This document shows, in pieces, positions 53,501 to 64,000 of a DNA stretch of 64,000 nt (its first letter is position 1; each line of letters starts with the position of its first letter). A program made the translations under genes and the position numbers. Origin of the DNA: Azolla caroliniana (Eukaryota > Plantae > Polypodiophyta); NCBI GenBank assembly GCA_043228905.1, contig JBHGNT010000032.1, forward strand, positions 124,001-188,000. The letters are read 5' to 3'. Under the pieces are notes generated by a model. It saw only the letters and a list, made by a program, of their open reading frames with translations. It was not told the origin of the DNA and did not search any database.

Positions 53501-56500
53501 ATTTTCGTCATGTCTCTCGACCTGAGCTTCAAAATCTTGATTTTTTAATTCCATATCATAGCTAGCGTTGTTAGCTTCGATTCGCATGTTTGAACACAAA
53601 AATCCGATATCACACGAGCCAGGTATGAACATTTTAATTTACTCAAGGGCTGTTCTCAACTCACTCCTCAAATTTGCTATTTTCGTCATGTCTCTCGACC
53701 TGAGTTTCAAAATCTTGATTTTTTAATTCCATATCATAGCTAGCGTTGTTAGCTTCGATTTGCATGTTTGAACACAAAAATCCGATATCACACGACCCAG
53801 GTATGAACATTTTAATCTACTCAAGGGCTCCTCTCAACTCCCTCCTCAAGTTTGCTATTTTCATCATGTCTCTCGACCTGAGCTTCAAAATCTTGATTTT
53901 TTAATTCCATATCATAGCTAGCGTTGTTAGCTTCGATTCGCATGTTTGAACACAAAAATCCGATATCACACGAGCCAGGTATGAACATTTTAATTTACTC
54001 AAGGGCTGTTCTCAACTCACTCCTCAAATTTGCTATTTTCGTCATGTCTCTCGACCTGAGTTTCAAAATCTTGATTTTTTAATTCCATATCATAGCTCGC
54101 GTTGTTGGCTTCGATTCGCATGTTTGAACACAAAAATCCGATATCACACGAGCCAGGTATGAACATTTTAATCTACTCAAGGGCTCCTCTCAACTCCCTC
54201 CTCAAGTTTGCTATTTTCTTCATGTCTCTCGACCTGAGTTTCAAAATCTTGATTTTTTAATTCCATATCATAGCTAGCGTTTCAAGCTTCGATTTGCATG
54301 TTTGAACACAAAAATCCGATATCACACGAGCCAGGTATGAACATTTTAATTTACTCAAGGGCTCCTCTCAACTCCCTCCTCAAGTTTGTTATTTTCGTCA
54401 TGTCTCTCGACCTGAGTTTCAAAATCTTGATTTTTTAATTCCATATCATACCTCACGTAGTTGGCTTCGATTCGCATGTTTGAACACAAAAATCCGATAT
54501 CACACGAGCCAGGTATGAACATTTTAATTACTTAAGGGCTCCTCTCAACTCCCTCCTCAAGTTTGCTATTTTCGTCATGTCTCTCGACCTGAGTTTCAAA
54601 ATCTTGATTATTTAATTCCATATCATACCTTACGTAGTTGGCTTCGATTCGCATGTTTGAACACAAAAATCCGATATCACACGAGCCAGGTATGAACATT
54701 TTAATTACTTAAGGGCTCCTCTCAACTCCCTCCTCAAGTTTGCTATTTTCATCATGTCTCTCGACCTGAGTTTCAAATTCTTGATTTTTTAATTCCATAT
54801 CATAGCTAGCGTTGTTAGCTTCGATTCGCATGTTTGAACACAAAAATCCGATATCACACGAGCCAGGTATGAACATTTTAATTTACTCAAGGGCTCCTCT
54901 CAACTCCCTCCTCAAGTTTGCTATTTTCGTCATGTCTCTCGACCTGAGCTTCAAAATCTTGATTTTTTAATTCCATATCATAGCTAGCGTTGTTAGCTTC
55001 GATTCGCATGTTTGAACACAAAAATCCGATATCACACGAGCCAGGTATGAACATTTTAATTTACTCAAGGGCTGTTCTCAACTCACTCCTCAAATTTGCT
55101 ATTTTCGTCATGTCTCTCGACCTGAGTTTCAAAATCTTGATTTTTTAATTCCATATCATAGCTAGCGTTGTTAGCTTCGATTTGCATGTTTGAACACAAA
55201 AATCCGATATCACACGACCCAGGTATGAACATTTTAATCTACTCAAGGGCTCCTCTCAACTCCCTCCTCAAGTTTGCTATTTTCATCATGTCTCTCGACC
55301 TGAGTTTCAAAATCTTAATTTTTTAATTCCATATCATAGCTAGCGTTTCAAGCTTCGATTTGCATGTTTGAACACAAAAATCCGATATCACACGAGCTAG
55401 GTATGAACATTTTAATTTACTCAAGGGCTCCTCTCAACTCCCTCCTCAAGTTTGCTATTTTCGTCATGTCTCTCGACCTGAGCTTCAAAATCTTGATTTT
55501 TTAATTCCATATCATAGCTAGCGTTGTTAGCTTCGATTCGCATGTTTGAACACAAAAATCCGATATCACACGAGCCAGGTATGAACATTTTAATTACTTA
55601 AGGGCTCCTCTCAACTCCCTCCTCAAGTTTGCTATTTTCGTCATGTCTCTCGACCTGAGTTTCAAATTCTTGATTTTTTAATTCCATATCATAGCTAGCG
55701 TTGTTAGCTTCGATTCGCATGTTTGAACACAAAAATCCGATATCACACGAGCCAGGTATGAACATTTTAATTTACTCAAGGGCTCCTCTCAACTCCCTCC
55801 TCAAGTTTGCTATTTTCGTCATGTCTCTCGACCTGAGTTTGAAATTCTTGATTTTTTAATTCCATATCATAGCTAGGTCTGTTAGCTTCGATTTGCATGT
55901 TTGAACACAAAAATCCGATATCACACGACCCAGGTATGAACATTTTAATCTACTCAAGGGCTCCTCTCAACTCCCTCCTCAAGTTTGCTATTTTCTTCAT
56001 GTCTCTCGACCTGAGTTTCAAAATCTTGATTTTTTAATTCCATATCATAGCTAGCGTTTCAAGCTTCGATTTGCATGTTTGAACACAAAAATCCGATATC
56101 ACACGAGCCAGGTATGAACATTTTAATTTACTCAAGGGCTCCTCTCAACTCCCTCCTCAAGTTTGTTATTTTCGTCATGTCTCTCGACCTGAGTTTCAAA
56201 ATCTTGATTTTTTAATTCCATATCATACCTCACGTAGTTGGCTTCGATTCGCATGTTTGAACACAAAAATCCGATATCACACGAGCCAGGTATGAACATT
56301 TTAATTACTTAAGGGCTCCTCTCAACTCCCTCCTCAAGTTTGCTATTTTCGTCATGTCTCTCGACCTGAGTTTCAAAATCTTGATTATTTAATTCCATAT
56401 CATACCTTACGTAGTTGGCTTCGATTCGCATGTTTGAACACAAAAATCCGATATCACACGAGCCAGGTATGAACATTTTAATTACTTAAGGGCTCCTCTC

Positions 56501-57650
56501 AACTCCCTCCTCAAGTTTGCTATTTTCATCATGTCTCTCGACCTGAGTTTCAAATTCTTGATTTTTTAATTCCATATCATAGCTAGCGTTGTTAGCTTCG
56601 ATTCGCATGTTTGAACACAAAAATCCGATATCACACGAGCCAGGTATGAACATTTTAATTTACTCAAGGGCTCCTCTCAACTCCCTCCTCAAGTTTGCTA
56701 TTTTCGTCATGTCTCTCGACCTGAGCTTCAAAATCTTGATTTTTTAATTCCATATCATAGCTAGCGTTGTTAGCTTCGATTCGCATGTTTGAACACAAAA
56801 ATCCGATATCACACGAGCCAGGTATGAACATTTTAATTTACTCAAGGGCTGTTCTCAACTCACTCCTCAAATTTGCTATTTTCGTCATGTCTCTCGACCT
56901 GAGTTTCAAAATCTTGATTTTTTAATTCCATATCATAGCTAGCGTTGTTAGCTTCGATTTGCATGTTTGAACACAAAAATCCGATATCACACGACCCAGG
57001 TATGAACATTTTAATCTACTCAAGGGCTCCTCTCAACTCCCTCCTCAAGTTTGCTATTTTCATCATGTCTCTCGACCTGAGTTTCAAAATCTTAATTTTT
57101 TAATTCCATATCATAGCTAGCGTTTCAAGCTTCGATTTGCATGTTTGAACACAAAAATCCGATATCACACGAGCTAGGTATGAACATTTTAATTTACTCA
57201 AGGGCTCCTCTCAACTCCCTCCTCAAGTTTGCTATTTTCGTCATGTCTCTCGACCTGAGCTTCAAAATCTTGATTTTTTAATTCCATATCATAGCTAGCG
57301 TTGTTAGCTTCGATTCGCATGTTTGAACACAAAAATCCGATATCACACGAGCCAGGTATGAACATTTTAATTACTTAAGGGCTCCTCTCAACTCCCTCCT
57401 CAAGTTTGCTATTTTCGTCATGTCTCTCGACCTGAGTTTCAAATTCTTGATTTTTTAATTCCATATCATAGCTAGCGTTGTTAGCTTCGATTCGCATGTT
57501 TGAACACAAAAATCCGATATCACACGAGCCAGGTATGAACATTTTAATTTACTCAAGGGCTCCTCTCAACTCCCTCCTCAAGTTTGCTATTTTCGTCATG
57601 TCTCTCGACCTGAGCTTCAAAATCTTGATTTTTTAATTCCATATCATAGC
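50500..57650. repeat. Variable 8-10-monomer HOR, about 4 copies
   Basis: The GATTATTTAA+CCTTACG marker occurs at 51589, 53188, 54610 and 56387 (offsets 1599, 1422, 1777). The AATCTTAATT marker occurs at 52118, 55317 and 57094. Boundaries are approximate. Confidence 0.8.
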
Positions 57651-57689
57651 TAGCGTTGTTAGCTTCGATTCGCATGTTTGAACACAAAA

Positions 57690-60600
57690 TTCCGATATCA
57701 CACGAGCCAGGTATGAACATTTTAATTTACTCAAGGGCTGTTCTCAACTCACTCCTCAAATTTGCTATTTTCGTCATGTCTCTCGACCTGAGTTTCAAAA
57801 TCTTGATTTTTTAATTCCATATCATAGGTCGCGTTGTTGGCTTCGATTCGCATGTTTGAACACAAAAATCCGATATCACACGAGCCAGGTATGAACATTT
57901 TAATTTACTCAAGGGCTCCTTTCAACTCCCTCCTCAAGTTTGCTATTTTCGTCATGTCTCGCGACCTGAGTTTCAAAATCTTGATTTGTTTATTCCATAT
58001 CATAGCTAGCGTCGTTAGCTTCGATTTGCATGTTTGAACACAAAAATCCGATATCACACGAGCCAGGTATGAACATTTTAATTTACTCAAGGGCTCCTCT
58101 CAACTCCCTCCTCAAGTTTGCTATTTTCGTCATGTCTCTCGACCTGAGTTTCAAAATCTTGATTTTTTAATTCCATATCATAGCTAGCGTTGTTAGCTTC
58201 GATTCGCATGTTTGAACACAAAAATCCGATATCACACGAGGCAGGTATGAACATTTTAATTACTTAAGGGCTCCTCTCAACTCCCTCCTCAAGTTTGCTA
58301 TTTTCGTCATGTCTCTCGACCTGAGCTTCAAAATCTTGATTTTTTAATTCCATATCATAGCTAGCGTTGTTAGCTTCGATTCGCATGTTTGAACACAAAA
58401 ATCCGATATCACACGAGCCAGGTATGAACATTTTAATTTACTCAAGGGCTCCTCTCAACTCCCTCCTCAAGTTTGCTATTTTCGTCATGTCTCTCGACCT
58501 GAGTTTCAAAATCTTGATTTTTTAATTCCATATCATAGCTAGCGTTTCAAGCTTCGATTTGCATGTTTGAACACTAAAATCCGATATCACACGAGCCAGG
58601 TATGAACATTTTAATTTACTCAAGGGCTCCTCTCAACTCCCTCCTCAAGTTTGCTATTTTCGTCATGTCTCTCGACCTGAGCTTCAAAATCTTGATTTTT
58701 TAATTCCATATCATAGCTAGCGTTGTTAGCTTCGATTCGCATGTTTGAACACAAAAATCCGATATCACACGAGCCAGGTATGAACATTTTAATTTACTCA
58801 AGGGCTGTTCTCAACTCACTCCTCAAATTTGCTATTTTCGTCATGTCTCTCGACCTGAGTTTCAAAATCTTGATTTTTTAATTCCATTTCATAGGTCGCG
58901 TTGTTGGCTTCGATTCGCATGTTTGAACACAAAAATCCGATATCACACGAGCCAGGTATGAACATTTTAATTTACTCAAGGGCTCCTCTCAACTCCCTCC
59001 TCAAGTTTGCTATTTTCGTCATGTCTCTCGACCTGAGTTTCAAAATCTTGATTTTTTAATTCCATATCATAGCTAGCGTTTCAAGCTTCGATTTGCATGT
59101 TTGAACACAAAAATCCGATATCACACGAGCCAGGTATGAACATTTTAATTTACTCAAGGGCTCCTCTCAACTCCCTCCTCAAGTTTGCTATTTTCGTCAT
59201 GTCTCTCGACCTGAGTTTCAAAATCTTGATTTTTTAATTCCATATCATACCTCACGTAGTTGGCTTCGATTCGCATGTTTGAACACAAAAATCCGATATC
59301 ACACGAGCCAGGTATGAACATTTTAATTACTTAAGGGCTCCTCTCAACTCCCTCCTCAAGTTTGCTATTTTCCTCATGTCTCTCGACCTGAGTTTCAAAT
59401 TCTTGATTTTTTAATTCCATATCATAGCTAGCGTTGTTAGCTTCGATTCGCATGTTTGAACACAAAAATCCGATATCACACGAGCCAGGTATGAACATTT
59501 TAATTTACTCAAGGGCTGTTCTGAACTCACTCCTCAAATTTGCTATTTTCGTCATGTCTCTCGACCTGAGTTTCAAAATCTTTATTTTATAATTCCATAT
59601 CATAGCTCGCGTTGTTGGCTTCAATTCGCATGTTTGAACACAAAAATCCGATATCACACGAGCCAGGTATGAACATTTTAATTTACTCAAGGGCTCCTCT
59701 CAACTCCCTCCTCAAGTTTGCTATTTTCGTCATGTCTCTCGACCTGAGTTTGAAATTCTTGATTTTTTAATTCCATATCATAGCTAGCGTTGTTAGCTTC
59801 GATTTGCATGTTTGAACACAAAAATCCGATATCACACGACCCAGGTATGAACATTTTAATCTACTCAAGGGCTCCTCTCAACTCCCTCCTCAAGTTTGCT
59901 ATTTTCGTCATGTCTCTCGACCTGAGTTTGAAATTCTTGATTTTTTAATTCCATATCATAGCTAGGGTCGTTAGCTTCGATTTGCATGTTTGAACACAAA
60001 AATCCGATATCACACGACCCAGGTATGAACATTTTAATCTACTCAAGGGCTCCTCTCAACTCCCTCCTCAAGTTTGCTATTTTCATCATGTCTCTCGACC
60101 TGAGTTTCAAAATCTTGATTTTTTAATTCCATATCATAGCTAGCGTTTCAAGCTTCGATTTGCATGTTTGAACACAAAAATCCGATATCACACGAGCCAG
60201 GTATGAACATTTTAATTTACTCAAGGGCTCCTCTCAACTCCCTCCTCAAGTTTGCTATTTTCGTCATGTCTCTCGACCTGAGCTTCAAAATCTTGATTTT
60301 TTAATTCCATATCATAGCTCGCGTTGTTGGCTTCAATTCGCATGTTTGAACACAAAAATCCGATATCACACGAGCCAGGTATGAACATTTTAATTTACTC
60401 AAGGGCTCCTCTCAACTCCCTCCTCAAGTTTGCTATTTTCGCCATGTCTCTCGACCTGAGTTTCAAAATCTTGATTTTTTAATTCCATATCATAGCTCGC
60501 GTTGTTGGCTTCGATTCGCATGTTTGAACACAAAAATCCGATATCACACGAGCCAGGTATGAACATTTTAATTTACTCAAGGGCTCCTCTCAACTCCCTC

Positions 60601-63600
60601 CTCAAGTTTGCTATTTTCGTCATGTCTCTCGACCTGAGTTTGAAATTCTTGATTTTTTAATTCCATATCATAGCTAGCGTTGTTAGCTTCGATTCGCATG
60701 TTTGAACACAAAAATCCGATATCACACGACCCAGGTATGAACATTTTAATCTACTCAAGGGCTCCTCTCAACTCCCTCCTCAAGTTTGCTATTTTCTTCA
60801 TGTCTCTCGACCTGAGTTTCAAAATCTTGATTTTTTAATTCCTAATCATAGCTAGCGTTTCAAGCTTCGATTCGCATGTTTGAACACAAAAATCCGATAT
60901 CACACGAGCCAGGTATGAACATTTTAATTACTCAAGGGCTCCTCTCAACTCCCTCCTCAAGTTTGCTATTTTCGTCATGTCTCTCGACCTGAGTTTCAAA
61001 ATCTTGATTTTTTAATTCCATATCATACCTCACGTAGTTGGCTTCGATTCGCATGTTTGAACACAAAAATCCGATATCACACGAGCCAGGTATGAACATT
61101 TTAATTACTTAAGGGCTCCTCTCAACTCCCTCCTCAAGTTTGCTATTTTCCTCATGTCTCTCGACCTGAGTTTCAAATTCTTGATTTTTTAATTCCATAT
61201 AATAGCTAGCGTTGTTAGCTTCGATTCGCATGTTTGAACACAAAAATCCGATATCACACGAGCCAGGTATGAACATTTTAATTTACTCAAGGGCTGTTCT
61301 GAACTCACTCCTCAAATTTGCTATTTTCGTCATGTCTCTCGACCTGAGTTTCAAAATCTTTATTTTATAATTCCATATCATAGCTCGCGTTGTTGGCTTC
61401 AATTCGCATGTTTGAACACAAAAATCCGATATCACACGAGCCAGGTATGAACATTTTAATTTACTCAAGGGCTCCTATCAACTCCCTCCTCAAGTTTGCT
61501 ATTTTCGTCATGTCTCTCGACCTGAGTTTGAAATTCTTGATTTTTTAATTCCATATCATAGCTAGCGTTGTTAGCTTCGATTTGCATGTTTGAACACAAA
61601 AATCCGATATCACACGAGCCAGGTATGAACATTTTAATTTACTCAAGGGCTCCTCTCAACTCCCTCCTCAAGTTTGCTATTTTCGTCATGTCTCTCGACC
61701 TGAGTTTCAAAATCTTGATTTTTTAATTCCATATCATAGGTCGCGTTGTTGGCTTCGATTCGCATGTTTGAACACAAAAATCCGATATCACACGAGCCAG
61801 GTATGAACATTTTAATTTACTCAAGGGCTCCTCTCAACTCCCTCCTCAAGTTTGCTATTTTCGTCATGTCTCTCGACCTGAGCTTCAAAATCTTGATTTT
61901 TTAATTCCATATCATAGCTAGCGTTGTTAGCTTCGATTCGCATGTTTGAACACAAAAATCCGATATCACACGAGCCAGGTATGAACATTTTAATTTACTC
62001 AAGGGCTGTTCTCAACTCACTCCTTAAATTTGCTATTTTCGTCATGTCTCTCGACCTGAGTTTCAAAATCTTGATTTTTTAATTCCATATCATACCTCAC
62101 GTAGTTGGCTTCGATTCGCATGTTTGAATACAAAAAGCCGATATCACACGACCCAGGTATGAACATTTTAATCTACTCAAGGGCTCCTCTCAACTCCCTC
62201 CTCAAGTTTGCTATTTTCGTCATGTCTCTCGACCTGAGTTTGAAATTCTTGATTTTTTAATTCCATATCATAGCTAGGGTCGTTAGCTTCGATTTGCATG
62301 TTTGAACACAAAAATCCGATATCACACGACCCAGGTATGAACATTTTAATCTAGTCAAGGGCTCCTCTCAACTCCCTCCTCAAGTTTGCTATTTTCATCA
62401 TGTCTCTCGACCTGAGTTTCAAAATCTTGATTTTTTAATTCCATATCATAGCTAGCGTTTCAAGCTTCGATTTGCATGTTTGAACACAAAAATCCGATAT
62501 CACACGAGCCAGGTATGAACATTTTAATTTACTCAAGGGCTCCTCTCAACTCCCTCCTCAAGTTTGCTATTTTCGTCATGTCTCTCGACCTGAGCTTCAA
62601 AATCTTGATTTTTTAATTCCATATCATAGCTCGCGTTGTTGGCTTCAATTCGCATGTTTGAACACAAAAATCCGATATCACACGAGCCAGGTATGAACAT
62701 TTTAATTACTTAAGGGCTCCTCTCAACTCCCTCCTCAAGTTTGCTATTTTCCTCATGTCTCTCGACCTGAGTTTCAAATTCTTGATTTTTTAATTCCATA
62801 TCATAGCTAGCGTTGTTAGCTTCGATTCGCATGTTTGAACACAAAAATCCGATATCACACGAGCCAGGTATGAACATTTTAATTTACTCAAGGGCTGTTC
62901 TGAACTCACTCCTCAAATTTGCTATTTTCGTCATGTCTCTCGACCTGAGTTTCAAAATCTTTATTTTATAATTCCATATCATAGGTCGCGTTGTTGGCTT
63001 CGATTCGCATGTTTGAACACAAAAATCCGATATCACACGAGCCAGGTATGAACATTTTAATTTACTCAAGGGCTCCTCTCAACTCCCTCCTCAAGTTTGC
63101 TATTTTCGTCATGTCTCTCGACCTGAGCTTCAAAATCTTGATTTTTTAATTCCATATCATAGCTAGCGTTGTTAGCTTCGATTCGCATGTTTGAACACAA
63201 AAATCCGATATCACACGAGCCAGGTATGAACATTTTAATTTACTCAAGGGCTGTTCTCAACTCACTCCTTAAATTTGCTATTTTCGTCATGTCTCTCGAC
63301 CTGAGTTTCAAAATCTTGATTTTTTAATTCCATATCATACCTCACGTAGTTGGCTTCGATTCGCATGTTTGAATACAAAAAGCCGATATCACACGACCCA
63401 GGTATGAACATTTTAATCTACTCAAGGGCTCCTCTCAACTCCCTCCTCAAGTTTGCTATTTTCGTCATGTCTCTCGACCTGAGTTTGAAATTCTTGATTT
63501 TTTAATTCCATATCATAGCTAGGGTCGTTAGCTTCGATTTGCATGTTTGAACACAAAAATCCGATATCACACGACCCAGGTATGAACATTTTAATCTACT

Positions 63601-64000
63601 CAAGGGCTCCTCTCAACTCCCTCCTCAAGTTTGCTATTTTCATCATGTCTCTCGACCTGAGTTTCAAAATCTTGATTTTTTAATTCCATATCATAGCTAG
63701 CGTTTCAAGCTTCGATTTGCATGTTTGAACACAAAAATCCGATATCACACGAGCCAGGTATGAACATTTTAATTTACTCAAGGGCTCCTCTCAACTCCCT
63801 CCTCAAGTTTGCTATTTTCGTCATGTCTCTCGACCTGAGCTTCAAAATCTTGATTTTTTAATTCCATATCATAGCTCGCGTTGTTGGCTTCAATTCGCAT
63901 GTTTGAACACAAAAATCCGATATCACACGAGCCAGGTATGAACATTTTAATTTACTCAAGGGCTCCTCTCAACTCCCTCCTCAAGTTTGCTATTTTCTTC
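57690..64000. repeat. Third satellite sub-domain with 10/9/7-monomer periodicities
   Basis: New markers CTGAACTC/TCTTTATTTT (ORFs 59505, 61283, 62884; offsets 1778, 1601), ATAGGTCGCG, CTAGGGTCG and GAATACA. A 1245-bp offset is seen at 61740/62985, 62025/63270 and 62129/63374. Confidence 0.78.

Larger units (their letters stand above)
1..64000. repeat. Tandem satellite DNA array, 178-bp monomer (177-bp variant), about 360 copies, single orientation, running off both window ends; probably centromeric or pericentromeric
   Basis: CTTGATTTTTTAATTCC recurs at 3, 181, 359 and onward (period 178). The core GCATGTTTGAACACAAAAATCCGATATCACACGA[G/C]CCAGGTATGAACA recurs to the end of the window, and I saw no non-repeat sequence. 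Monomer 1-178 has 71/178 G+C by manual count. The centromeric assignment is inference only. Confidence 0.99.

Noticed and set aside
996-63069. About 45 repeated short ORFs (61-140 aa, for example MSKLKCSYLARV... and MFIPGSCDIGFL...)
   Set aside because: They are different frames of the same monomer, opened or closed by single variants. The 178-bp period is not a multiple of 3, and the longer ORFs arise where a 177-bp (59-codon) monomer keeps frame. They show no recognisable domain. I used them only as positional markers.
1-64000. CRISPR-like array, or a cassette system with constant repeat plus variable segment
   Set aside because: The variable segments are a few closely related recurring haplotypes, not unique spacers. 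No cas, recombinase, reverse transcriptase or leader sequence is present.
1-64000. Embedded transposon, LTR fragment or strand inversion
   Set aside because: The monomer register is continuous and the orientation constant throughout, and I saw no foreign sequence.

Overview
The whole 64 kb window is one uninterrupted, single-orientation satellite DNA array of about 360 head-to-tail monomers of 178 bp (a minority 177 bp), about 40% GC. I see no genes, RNA genes, CRISPR array, transposon insertions or inversions. All ORFs in the track are by-products of the repeat. The monomer length, homogeneity and higher-order organisation fit a eukaryotic (peri)centromeric satellite, but this is inference and I do not recognise the family or organism. 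The information lies in how the monomer variants are ordered. A handful of monomer classes (A, B, C, D, E) build an A-B-C trimer, which builds a 39-40-monomer higher-order repeat (HOR, about 7 kb). One HOR copy has been expanded by nested in-register duplications (3-, 20-, 37- and 12-mers) whose lengths sum exactly to the observed offsets. From about 43 kb and again from about 57.7 kb the array switches to different variant sets with shorter, irregular 7-10-mer HORs. Short gene-conversion-like patches and a few anomalous monomers are visible. I found no evidence for a new protein- or RNA-based system. Comparisons were made by eye and from ORF-track offsets, so isolated mismatches may have been missed.
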